Source: Podarcis muralis
Lineage: Eukaryota
Length of the DNA: 64,000 bases
Direction of reading: 5' to 3'
NCBI RefSeq assembly: GCF_964188315.1
Contig: NC_135668.1
Location: 20,026,001-20,090,000 of the forward strand
Position numbers and translations under genes: made by a program. This document shows positions 24,436 through 36,983 of the stretch, one piece after another (position 1 is the first letter of the stretch; every line of letters begins with the position of its first letter). The notes below the pieces were generated by a model that was not told where the DNA came from, made no database searches, and was given only the letters and a program-made list of their open reading frames with translations.

Positions 24436-27400
24436 ACGCCTTAAAAGCCTTCTAACATCACATCCAGATCACATTCCCTGCATGGAATTCTAGATTGCTG
24501 CTAATCTCAGAAGGCGGAGGGATCTAACTGACTCCACAATCCTGCGCCTACTTACCCAGAGGTAAATCTCACTGTGTTTCCGGAGACTTAGGTTGCGACC
24601 CTTAATCCCATTTTCCTGTAACCAAAAACCCCGCTTGAATTCCACAGGACTTACTTCCGAGGATATCAACTTGCCTCTGGATAGAAATGCTTAGGGTTGC
24701 GCTGAAGTGAGTGGGTTTAGGATTGCAAGTCCAAACCGGCTGATATCCAGGCACTAGGCTCACCCTTATGCCACTGGGGCGAGAGAGATCAACAAGATTC
24801 TCCACACACTGGATTCCATTCTAGCGCGCATTCCCAAAAGCAATCCAGCCTTTTCGGATTCTTTTTTTGGAATGTTTGGGAGGGAGACATAGATCTCTGC
24901 TTTTAACCATTTTCAAAAGGCTGTCTTTCCTGTTTTCCTATCGCTATGCAGGCGCGCGCACACACACATATAGCAATCTAATAATTAGATAGATTATATT
25001 GGGTAAGGGGGTCTTTCTTATCTCCGGGCTCTTGACCTGCACAAAGTACCAATGGATATGATCTAATAGCTTGCTCTACTTCAAAAATTAAATCTACATT
25101 AAATCAACATTCTCGCGTGATTTTTCCCCCTATAAAGATTTTTTTTTAATAAAAAAAACAACTAGCTACAAGGCTAATGGCTAGTTTAATAAACGGCCTC
25201 CGAAGTAAATTCCTTTGATTTCATCAAAACTTACTTCCAAGTAATGTTAGGACTGAAGCTCTAAGGAAACACTAGAGTTCTCTGAATACCCCCAGGCAAA
25301 ATCTTTACACACCGCCTTCCAGGTACAATGGAAAAGGGACCTTAAGGGGCTCTCAGACCATTCCGTAGGTCAATTAAACCGATACACTTAGACTGAAACT
25401 AAGTCAGCGGAACAGATATCCACCGAAAATCCTGACTATGTCAATAAGTCGTAATTTCGGAGGAGGTCCACGAGGTCCGGTGTTCTAATTCCAGAACCTT
25501 TGAATGATCGGTGGGATTAGATTTCCTGGACGACGCCCTCCGCCTCCATTCCCCCCACCATTTCTTGGAGGAAAATTAGGCTCCTTCACTCTCCCCCACC
25601 CTCCGTTTTCTTTTAATTTTGACTCGGAACAAACACGCTTTAAAAACACCGCTCCACCCCACCGGGCGAATGGTGCACGCGTTGGTTGCCGTTTGAAAGG
25701 ATCTGATTGGGTGGGACTGAGAACGTGTGGATCAAACTGGAGTGAAAGCAGTGAATGGGATCTGACTTCGGATCAGAAGCAGATCTGCAACTCCCTCCCC
25801 TCCTCCCACGGCCTAATCCAGTGTATTTGCAAGACAGGTTGTTTTAAAGGACTAATCTTGAATTAGATTTCCCTGGACTAGAAGACTGGTGGGAAAGCAG
25901 GGGAAAGATACTGAACATTGAGAATTTGGGGTTTTCAAACAAAATCCAAATATTACTGATCCTCTCCCCAGGTCCAGGGGGAATTATTGTAGATTTTCCT
26001 AAAAGAAGGAGGTGTGGTTCTCTTTAGTAAAGGATGATTATCCGTGGCTGGCTAGTAGGTCCCTCCGCTTAGTACCCATCCCCAAAATTCCACTTTCTCG
26101 AACGCCATTTCCCAAATGCTCACACTTCTGTATAGAGTCTTAATGTTCTGCGCCTCCCCTTACATGTTTCGGTGAAAATATAAAACCTTTCCGCCTGAGT
26201 CCACGTCTGTTGCCCGCAGGGCCCGGCACCTTTGCAGGAGCGAAATATGCGGCGCAAGGGTGGGGAGGGGCGTGTGGATGATGCTCTCTCAATTTTTCCG
26301 AAGATTTCTAGCGAAAAGGCGTTCGGAATGATGTTCTGGGTTCCACGGACATTCATTCTAGGGTTTGCGATTGAATCAAGGATGAAACACACACACACAC
26401 CCGGGTGTTACTGGACCCCAACTCGCATTGCGCCAGGCATCGTGTGGAAAGTGGTCAGGGATGATGGGAAATGTAGTCCAGGAAGGATCTGGAAGGTCAC
26501 CGGTTCCCCTTCTCGGAATAAAACGAGGCGCGCGCCCCCCCCTCCAACCTGGCCTTGTAGAAACGCGCCGCTCGTTTCTGCCTGTACTGTTGTTGTTGCT
26601 TTCTCCTCCTGCGTGGAAAACAGAAGCAGGCATCTCAAGGCCAAGCGCGCGATATTTCCTCCAGCGCCTGAACAGGATGACCGTAAAACATGCAAGGAAA
26701 ATCCTTGCCTTCATTATTTCTCTGTGCGCAAATACGCAGAAGCCACTTGGACGAGCTGATTTCTGCCCCCCGCCCCCGCTCCATCACACAGGTAGCTTGC
26801 AAGCTAGGCAGACGATTCGATAACCTAAATCCAGAACCGACAGGTTCTGCCACAGTCAGAGTGTCTTAGCCTTTAAGGTACTACAAGACTCTGTTTTTGC
26901 TGCAACCGACAGACATGGCTACCCCTCTGCAAGCATGCTAAATCTAAAACGTTGTCGTTGCCATTAAGTGTGTGTGTGTGTCACATTGACTTGTCTCCTC
27001 TAGTCAATATTCTATGCATCTGCCCGTGCAGTTGAACGGTATGTTTCAAATCGATGCTAAATGCCACAGGATCTCTCCGCTATGGGGAATGGCTGTTCTA
27101 CGTGTGCGTTGAATCCGGATAAAACAGATTTGTTAGCTGAGTGGGTGGGTGTTGGAAATAAAGAAAGAAGATATGTGTGTGTGGATGGATAGATAGAATA
27201 TTGATAAGACAGAGAGAGGTGGTGAACGACGGGTAAAAAGAGGGGAGGGAGAGATGAAGGGAAGGAAATAAGGAATTTAAATATAATCTAAATAAATCAA
27301 ATAATCCCTGGATCAAACCACTATTTCCAGAGGGGGGCTTCGAATCCACGGAACACGAAGAAGGAAAGGAACCAAGGAACGCAAGAGGCGACCGAATCCG

Positions 27401-27766
27401 CTTTTGCCTGGTGCCCAGCTACTAGCCAGCCTGGCCAAGCAGTCGTTCCTGCCCCATTTCTGTCCAGCACTTTCCTTTCAAACCCCCACCATCATTCAGC
27501 AGGTAGGCTAGCTCTGGCCAAGCCCGGGATAGTCTTGCCAGCAACCTTAGGCCTAACCTCCTGGTGCTGTCTCGCGTTACAGATCCTCCGAGAGGCTTTT
27601 GGAAACTGGGAGCACGCCAGCCTTCCCGCAACCCCAGTGAGAGGTCTCCTCCCTCGGGTCTCCGGATGGGAAAATGCGGTTGGGGACTAACTCTGCCGCG
27701 GAACACTATTCCCTACTTCTCCACCGGCTGCCCAAGAATGAAGCGTTGCTTAAATCCGAGGGCGAA

Positions 27767-27787
27767 GGCACTGGCCAAGGTGCTGGA
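27767..27787 (-). promoter_or_regulatory. REST/NRSF RE1-like site with canonical spacing
   Basis: Minus strand TCCAGCACC-TT-GGCCAGTGCC versus consensus TTCAGCACC-NN-GGACAGCGCC; one mismatch to NTYAGMRCCNNRGMSAG. Confidence 0.6.
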
Positions 27788-29565
27788 AGCTAGCTTCCCT
27801 TAACGTGCCTTCGTTGCCGCCACATATTTGCATCATCTGTTCACCATCTCTCACCCGCTCGCCTCTTGCAAAATAAAATAAAATCTCCTTAATGCCCCCT
27901 CCGCTCCCTCCTTTCTAATACAATGGGAAATTTTCTGGTAAGGGACAGTAAACAAATAGCAAAATCGTGCATCAGGTTACATAATAAAAAATTCTCCCCC
28001 AACCTTAAAAAAAGAAATTCTAATCTAGGTATAATCCGCCTCTGGCTAGAGCTATTTGTAACGGATGGAAAATGAACAGTCCCCTATTAAATAAATATTT
28101 CCCCCCTCCTCGGAAATTATCAAAGATGAATAAAACTTCCAGAGCGGTGGCAACCCTCTTAGTCTGTTGTTGCAGAGGGTCTGGTGCTATCTTAAAGACT
28201 GAAACTGCACCCCTAAACCCACTTATCTGGGAGTAAGCCCCACTGAACTTGGGGGTTGTACTTCTGATTAGAAATGTATAGGATTCCACTCTAACAAATC
28301 GATTCAGACTCGTTCGCTCTTCCACCAGATCATCAAAGCTAGATGCAATTCGACTCTAATTGAAATAACAAGTCACAGTTATTGGTTGTTTTATAAGGAT
28401 TGCATTTAAGGTGGTTGCCAGCCTTCCCGAAGAGGGCTGCAGGCTTTCTTTCTTTTCCCTGGCCTCCAAGACTTTGGGAGACTGCAGGGTGTCAATCTAA
28501 CAAGGCCCAACTCGGATCCATCAAGCCTCAGTACAAAGACAGAGTGTCCTGGCTGCAGCCACGTCACCGCCATCCCCTACCTAGGAGTAGTAAGTGGGAG
28601 AAGATTTCAAGCGCGCCACTAAATCCAAAAGGCATCTTTCAAAATCCCTCCTACACCTCAGACGCGTAGCTGAGCCCGATTCTGGGAGGTGAAGAATGTC
28701 TCTTCACCCAGCCCAAGAGGAGAGCAATGGGTGGAAGGCGGAGAGGAGATACAGGGATGAAAATGAGGGCGAAGAGATGGGAGAGAGGAAAGAATCTACA
28801 ACCCCACTTTCTGGGAATGTGCCCCCCCGCAGCCAGTGTGGCTGCTCTGAAGTGAACGGGTCCGTGTTGGAAGACTGGACAGGTCAAATCTTCCCAATAC
28901 TGGGGTACCATTCAGGAGAAATGCTCCCCATCCCTATAGCTGTGAAATGGGCCTAGGAAGCAAAAGCTTTCGCTCCCTTCTAACAGCTTTGTGCTCCTGC
29001 AAAGGAATGCTTTAAATGTGGGGATTTAAGGGTGGCGGGGAGAGGGAGGCGTGGGGAGGGGAGGGAGGAAATCGCGTGGAAGTCCCAACAGGGAGCCATG
29101 TAACACGGCTGTCTGTCTGTCGGTGCGCTGGTGCAGAAAAGGCAGGCCGAGCTCGCAGTCGCCGGGGCCGCAGGCTCGCAGGGGGAGCAGGCTCGGCAGC
29201 TACCACGCTCACATGGCGGCCGCCAGATTTCCCCAGTGATATTTCTCCATTCCACCCCTCTCCCTCCCTCCCTCCAGCATGCTTACACAACCCCCCTAGG
29301 CTGACTGTGTTCCACACCGTGTCGTTACTTCAACGCCCAAAAGCACAACACAGAGAGAGACGCACACCAGAGTAGTGTTGTTGTTTTTTAGCGTTGCAAA
29401 ATCATAACACACAGAGAGAGAGAAATGGTGCCTGGTTTTACTGAGATGAGCATTTTTTAAAAGGGTCACAACCAGCCAGCTAGAAAGAATCGTAGCCCCA
29501 ACCTTGCCGCACTCGCTTTCCAAGACATTCAAAATTAAAGAAGCCCTCCTGCTCTCCTCTTCTCC

Positions 29566-29567
<2 letters not shown>

Positions 29568-29625
<58 letters not shown>

Positions 29626-29627
29626 AG
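29568..29627. repeat. (AAAG)n microsatellite
   Basis: Seen directly. Confidence 0.95.
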
Positions 29628-29687
29628 AAAACTACACACATCATCTCTCGAGGCCTTCCCCCCCTTTTTTTTACGCCTGAGCATGTC

Positions 29688-29695
29688 TGACGTCA
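29688..29695. promoter_or_regulatory. Full palindromic CRE
   Basis: TGACGTCA exact match. Confidence 0.4.
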
Positions 29696-32600
29696 GGTCT
29701 TCTTTAATTAGGGGAAAGTTATTTTTAGCCAACCTCGAATAACCACACACACGCTTCTTTGCTCGGTGGACTCAGTAAGGTGAATCTCAGGTCCCCTCAC
29801 CTCTCTCTTTGCCAACTTCGCACCGCAGATCCCGAAGGGTTCGGAGGCGGGTATTTTTGGAGAAATAAGAAGCGGGCTGGTTGGGGGGAAAGTAAGGGCG
29901 GTGAACTGGGAAGCCTCGCTTTGCCGAGTAATTAAGAGTCCCATCATGAGCGGTGTATACGCGGCCGCTCCAGAAACGGAGGAGAAAGCTGAGGGAGAGA
30001 GGAGGGCCAGAGTGTGTTTGTTTTTCTCTTTATACTGCCTTCCAAACAAGCGTCGGGGAGTGAGGGGACCGTGATCTAGACAGGAATGCACGTCCTTTGA
30101 ACGCCTGGCCTGTTTTGAGGGGCGCAACTTAAAATATCATATGCTATATCCCCAGGCACACGCTCAAGGCTGAGGCCTAATCGGTGGGAATCGTTCTAAT
30201 TCACTATTATTATTTTAATTGACTCTGAAAAATAAGAGGAAGAAAAGAAAGGTAAGGAAGGAGAAATGATACCTAATAAAATGAAAGTTAAGCAAAGGCA
30301 ATAAATCCAGACGCAGAAGCATTCGCTGCTTACCTAAGTATCAATGCAGCGGCTGTAACTTGCGATAGAAAATATATCCAAGTTCCGCCGCCCCCACCCT
30401 CAACGTTAGTTAGGGTTTCTGCCTCCAATAACAGCAAATTAAATGATTCATTCTTAGTGGCTGTCCTCATTTCGGTAATGTACAGTAAGCAATGCTTCTA
30501 AATGGGATGCTCTCTAACTGTGTTTTCAAGGCCAGACATCATGTAAAAAGTGTAATGGTTGTTGTGGTTATCATTATCATTATCATTCTCTCAAAAAATA
30601 TCCACTGTAAGCCTGGGATATTTCACACGTGTCTTGAAATCCGTTACTCTTATATATATACTCCTACATAAATATTTTGCACCATGGGCATCGAAACACT
30701 ACAGAACCCATTTTGTTTGTTAAGAGAATTTGCAATATTAACCATCCCATGCAAATCGCACACGCTCACCACAAACCCACGGGCCCTTCGAAAAGAACAA
30801 AGCCTTTTGAAATAACTGGTGGGTGAAGAATCTTTCTAATGCCCTCCGCGTAAATAATAGTCTCAGAAGTGGCTTTTACAAGAGCGAGCATTTGGGAGAA
30901 GTGGATCGATATCTTTCTAAGGTTTGGTAAGGACCAGCTCAGAGCACCTCAGTAACTATGTGAATATCCAAGAAACCAGCAACTCGTCCCCTCGTTTCTA
31001 CAGCGCATCTTGGAAACAAATCCATAAACGTGGAATACAAGCCTGAAACTTAAGGCCGTCCCCAACAGTGGGCCGACTGAGGCAGCTGCCTCGGGTGGTG
31101 GATTCGGGACAAAGACACCCAAAAAGATGCATTATTAATATAATTATTATTTAATAATTATTTAATATAATTATTATTTACCAGCACCATCATCGCTAGT
31201 GTTAGTGCAGTTATTACTTTCTTCTGTTAGTGTTGTTATTAAATGCTGGCGATGAACTTCAAGGCCTCCTCGCAACACTCTTAGTTCCAACAGCCCAAGA
31301 ACCGAAGACAGACAGACGCACAGTAGACCCTCGGAATGCCTTGACTTGGCGAAGGGTGGTAGCTAACGTAGCTTTACTCAGAGTAGACCCATTGAAAGCA
31401 ATGGGCCTCAGTTAGTTCATCCTCACTCACTTTAATGGCTCTACACACCCAGCAGGACTAGCAGTGGCTACAACCCATATGCTATCAGGGGATACCTTTT
31501 AATCTGGGACTGCGGGAAGACGCCACCACGCTCCTCAACGGCAGCGTAACGCAGCTACCCGATCCATCCGCGCGCAAGTACAATCCAAGCAAGCTTTACT
31601 CGGGAGCCAATAATCACGCACGGCGCGCAGCGTGTCAGGGGATCGCAGCCTCGAACAATTCCACCCACCCCTGCTTCCTTTGGCTCCCCTCGCCTTCACG
31701 TGCGCAACGTCCCAAGAGCCCAGCTACTTCCCAAAGCCATGGATGCCTACCTATTGAAAGCTTTTTCCAGCGGGTGGGAGCAAAAGCACACTCGCACGCA
31801 GACCCGGCTTTGTCAAGATCCAAAGCTGCAACCAAGGAAGGTCTGGGAGGACTTCTCCCGACACCCTCTTCCTTCCTCCCGAGCGCCTTCTTCTCTCTTC
31901 CCCGCGTTCCCACGATCTTACTTCCCTTCCCCAAACCTGCAATTCACACGTGCTCGTCTTCCTTTCCTTCTTTGCCTCGTTTGATTATTCAAAGCAGCAA
32001 AGGAAGATCAACTTTCTCTTACAGAAGGGGGGAGAGATATTTCTTTCGTCCCCCGGCACCCTCGATCGTTCCCAAATCCGTTCCCCTTCTGCCCCCCACC
32101 CCCCTCAAAACGCCAGCATCCCCCTGAACGCCCCCCCCCACCTCACGCCAGACGCTGTTTCAAAGGCGAGCAGCGCCATCACTCCATAGCCGTCTCCACC
32201 GCCTCTAACCCAACCGAATCCCCATCTCTCTTTTCTACGATGGTGGGCCCAAAAACCCACAGCCTTTAACGCCTTCCCCCGTGGTTGTGGGGGAGCGAGA
32301 GAAAAGAAAGGCAGGCAGGCAGGATTCTCGGCGAAGAGCAAGCAAGATCAGCACTTACACGCGGCAGCTCCAAGCACGGGTGGTGGAGGAGGCAGGCAGG
32401 CAGACAGAAGAAATCCGTGGCCAAGAAAATAACAAGAATAATAATAATAAAAAGGAGAAGAAGATGGGGCGAAAGGCGATTGGAGCTGCTGCGTAGCTTA
32501 TTTCCCAGCCGAGGATGATCCACGGCTTCAGTCTCGCTGTGTGGGCCTCCTTGGCCGGCCCCCCTTTCCCCCTTCTGGCTCTGAGGAAGCGGAGAGAGGG

Positions 32601-32733
32601 GTGGGGAGGAGGGGGGATTTAAGAGAAGGAGGGCGCCTCTAGCTGGGCTTCCTTCCGCGCGCCCAGCCAGCTCCTCTTAGCTCCAAAAGCTCTGGTCGTT
32701 TTCCAAGAAAGCCTGGTCTGCTGGCAGGCTGGG

Positions 32734-32835
32734 TGACGTCAGAGCAGCAGCGTCTTACTCGAGCCAATCAGGGGCAGCTGGAGGAGGAGGGGGGGGAGAG
32801 GCGAGGAGGAGGGGGAGGGGAGGGGAGGGGGCACT
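32734..32835. promoter_or_regulatory. CRE (32734-32741), CCAAT (32764-32768) and G-rich tract; candidate main promoter of the miR-9-3 host transcript
   Basis: GGGTGACGTCAG...GAGCCAATCAG followed by GGAGG/GGGGA runs inside a CpG island. Confidence 0.5.
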
Positions 32836-35800
32836 TGGCCAGTCTTCTCCACCGAGCAGAAATCTCAGCCTGCCCTCCCTCTCTCAGCCTGTAATTAAGA
32901 CTCCGGTGGAGCTCCAATTAAAAAGGGAAAGTGGCTTGTGGCGGGGCGGGGAGGGGGAGAGGGAGTCCATTCTGATAGGCTTGCATAAGGACGGCCTTTT
33001 GAAAACAGCTCAGGCAGGCTTAGAAGAAGAAAACCAACATTATACCCACCCACCTGCCCCCCACCAGTCCCCCACCAGTCCTCAAACCCTCCTGGATAGG
33101 GGAATGACCAACGGGGTGGAATTCTGGGCAGGTAAAAGAGGCGTTTTTTGGGGGGGGTGTTGGTTCTGCCGCATTCTTTTCAGGGCGTTGAGAGGAGGTA
33201 TTGTGGGACGGGGGGTAATGGGGTTTGCTGAGCAGACCCCCAAGTCTTTCGGCATCTTGGGATGGGGGATTGAGTAGGAGAAAAAGTCTTGGAGCAGGAA
33301 GGATAATGATCATAGCCTCTTTGACATAACTGATATTTTTGTGATAGTGGTTAGGTGACCCTCTCTCTCTTCCCCTCCTTGTTGCCTTTATAGCCACCCA
33401 TACACCCTGTCTGTCTGTCTGTCTGTCTGTCTGTTAATTCTCCTGATGATAGATGGGGTGCGCGCCATAGGTCGGTAAACAGATGGGCAGATAGAACAAG
33501 CCAGAGGAACAGCTCGCGGGCACGTTGGGTTTGCACCTGGATTCTAGGAAAACCTCTTTCCCCACCCCACATTTTTAAACCCAGAGAGGCCCCCTCCCCA
33601 ACTTCACCCCCCCCCCCACGGCGGGATCTGAAAGCCAGGGAGGAAGGGGGTCGCCCTAGAGACCCTCTTCTCTACTGGCCCCCCGCTTTCTGCGCTTGCC
33701 TCTCGCTCCATGCCCCTCTTCGCCCACCGTGGTTACCTTGCCTCGGGCGCTGTCCAAATGCTGAAACCCAGCCCCGCTTTCTCCCAGCCTGCTTTCTCCT
33801 TCCATCGCCTGGATCCACCTTCCCCCTCTACCTGTCTCTCCATCCCATTCCAAGCGAATTAGGGGCCTTGAAGAGGCCAGGGAAAAGACCAGCTCTCTAC
33901 CCGAGATCGGGCAACTTCGCCCTCCTCTGCAGCGAGGTAGAAGGGTGGGAGGCTGCGGTAGTAAAGCGAGGGGGAGTAACGGGGAGGTGAAGTCTCCCCC
34001 TCCCCCTCCCCTCCCTCGCCCCCTCCCCCTCCCCTTCCCCCGCCCTCTCCCTCTGTCGTCTGCTTCCCAGGACCGCCGAAGCCGCGGGGGAGGTCTTGCC
34101 GCCTGAACTTGCCAGCGGGGTCTACCCCATCCATCAAAATCCAGACAGACAGACAGGCCAAGTTCATGAGCAATCAGTTTAACTCCTTGCGGGCCATTCC
34201 AGTGTTGCGCTGGAACAGACGACACCCCACCCCACCCCCAATAAAACCGACGGTGCGAGGCGGTGCTGTGTTTAGGTGAATGTGGGCGTGTGGACGTCTG
34301 AATTGGAATTCGAGCATTTGGAGCCTTAAATCAGTTCCTTCCCGTTTTGTTTCTCTTCTCTCTCTCGTCTTGATTTCACGTCTTCCCCCCCCCCCCTGCT
34401 TTCATTAGCCTCGAGCAACTCTAGTCGCTGTCTTATTTATTTATGTACTTGGATCCCCCTCCCTTTTTTATAGTAATTGCAGCTGCACTCCTATAGCCAC
34501 TTATCTGGTCATAAGGCCCACTTCATAGGACTTACTTCTGAGTAGACCTGTCTAAGCTAGCACTGTACACCTGTTACTATTATTTTATCTCCAAACGTCT
34601 TGTTTCTCTTTCCTGCTATGTATGTTATGTAATGAATTTATTTTCCATATGCACACACAAAAATAATCTGCATTTTTCAGTATGCTCCGCTTAAAAAAAA
34701 TATTATTATTTAACCAACCGTTGCTCCTACAACTCTTTTCTCCGGGCCATTAATATTTCCCAACTTGGACTGTAGACTCAATCTGTATATATATACATGT
34801 ATATACACATATATATATGTATAGATATATAAATATACGATCACACAACACGGGATAATAAAGAGGCGCTATGGTATAAAACGTTGAAACCACAAGAACA
34901 GGTATTCAAACCTTCGCTAGCAGTAACCAAACTTCGGAAGAGGCAGATATACAATAGATGGGATAGCTACAAAAATCTTGCTGATCGCTTCGGATTTCTG
35001 AACTGGAAAGTACAAATTCCCATTTAGAAGATGCTCCGTGTATCACTGCGCTCTCTTAGAAAACACCAGGCCCTGCCACGATTTCTGTCTCATTTTGCTT
35101 TATGACAAAGGGTCGTATTTTATTTTTTAAAAAAAATAATAAAAAAATGTTTTTTAAAAAAATAAAATAAAAGCAACAACAGCAAATAACCTCCTTCCTT
35201 TCCCCCGGAAGTATCTGAGTTAGCGTTGTGTGGGTTAGATTTAAACTCTCTGGCCGCGAAAGGACGAGCACTGAAAAATCATTGCGTAACTGCGGGGGAA
35301 ACGTCAGCCAGCAGTTAAGAGAAAATAATAGTAATAATCCCCTTCCCGACCTACTGCCGTCTCTCCGTGGCTGAGTTTATTTGCCCTAACAATTAATTCG
35401 CCAGAGACGAACTTTTCACGTTAACAGCCCTTCTTTATTTGGAAACCTTCGCGTTTCCTATTGAATTAGCTTTGCTCCGTTGGCGCTGAAATGAAGACGC
35501 CGGACCAACTTTTTGCCCGGAGTATTTTCTCACCAGCGCAAAGAAAAGTCCCTCTCTAACTTCCCCCTCCCTCTTCCCCCCGTACATTTCTTTTCTTTCA
35601 TTTTTCTTTCTCTCTCTCCCTCTCTCTCATTCATTATTTCTTTTTCTTCCCCTTCTCCTTCTTCTTTTTTAATTCAAGCACCCGGGGGGTGGACGTGCCT
35701 GGCAGTTCAACTACTTCCAACCCCTTTTGTCCCGCCCGCCCCGGGGGCTCCATTGTCGCCCTGTTGAGTGAAGTTTCTGCCAAGGCAACTTTCCAATGGT

Positions 35801-36942
35801 GACCATGGTGCGGCGGGTGTGTGCTGTGTGTCTGGGTGTGTTTAAAGGCACACACCACCGGGGACCTCGAGCCCGAGGAGTCGGCGTGTGTGTGTGTGTG
35901 TCTGTGTGGGTCGACCTTTGCTTGTAAAACTGCTCTGTGCTTTCCGAAAGGGAATAGTTGAGCGTTGAGGGAACCATTCGCTTTGGGATTGTGTGTGTGT
36001 AATCTATTTAGATATTGATATAGACACACAAGCACACATAACAGATAAGAAAGTCATAAAGTCAGGGCTGGGTGTGCAATCTTCCTATTTTTACTGCAAG
36101 GGGTGTACTCTGCTAAACTCACAAATGTGAGTAAGGAAGGATAACATCCAACTAATATATCATAGTTTCTATACACATCCATACAGGGTCCAGGGCAGAG
36201 CTGTTCCAGCCCACTACGTTATCTAGTGCGCCAGAAATCTACTACCACCAGACTAACATCTCTGACGACGATGGGGAGAAAATTCACAAGTTATCTGCTT
36301 CTCACGGTCAACCAAACCCTCTCAGTCCCCAACCTCTTTCCCTAGCCCCCATACGAGTGAATGAACGTTTCCTCCATGTCCTCCCTTGTGTGAAAAGGAG
36401 AATATCGGACTGCGATCCGGATTAACGGTGTGCAAATATTACTCCCAGCCTTAAAAAAACAAACAAACAACAAATTGCTGTCCCTCGACTTTCCCTTTGC
36501 TCCATGCGAAGCACGGAGAGTTCATATGGAGCTGAGGAAAAGAGCTCCCATATATACCTTACATCACAATTTTAAAAGCGGGTCTATACATTTTTTTTAA
36601 TCAATCAAAATCCTAAAGGAGGAAATTACTATATTGCCCCTTCTCCTTCCTGCATACAAGGTGCTGTAAAGTCTCTCCCCACTCGCAAACACACAGATAA
36701 TAAGTTTTTGCCTAAGAGAGCTTCAGCTGGCCTTCATCTATGGAGAGTGAGAGACGGAGAGGGGCATCCTTCCCCTTCCTAAAAAAACCAAAACCTAGAA
36801 GTGGCCGACAAAAATGTGCCAATGAGTTGCCCAGAGTCAGGATCCAGAAAACTCTTCTTGACAATCCAGACAGAGTCAGTCAACAACCTTAGAATGGCTT
36901 GTGTTTCACACTCACGCACACCCGCGCATGCACAAACACACA

Positions 36943-36945
<3 letters not shown>

Positions 36946-36981
<36 letters not shown>
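36946..36981. repeat. (GT)n microsatellite
   Basis: Seen directly. Confidence 0.95.

Positions 36982-36983
<2 letters not shown>

Larger units (their letters stand above)
21697..32800 (-). ncRNA. Putative miR-9-3 host lncRNA (MIR9-3HG-like); extent inferred
   Basis: Minus-strand hairpin, a strong acceptor at 22117-22118, candidate donors at 21696, 23775, 30333 and 32358, and CRE/CCAAT promoter-like modules upstream. There is no transcript evidence, so boundaries are inference. Confidence 0.4.

Noticed and set aside
26120-26853. Cluster of overlapping 70-175 aa ORFs on both strands
   Set aside because: GC-rich CpG-island sequence lacks stops by composition. No recognisable domain, and most starts are non-ATG.
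33656-34225. 189-aa minus ORF with an RG/RGG-rich stretch
   Set aside because: The RG tract is simply the translation of the CCCCT low-complexity run. It starts at GTG and shows no homology.
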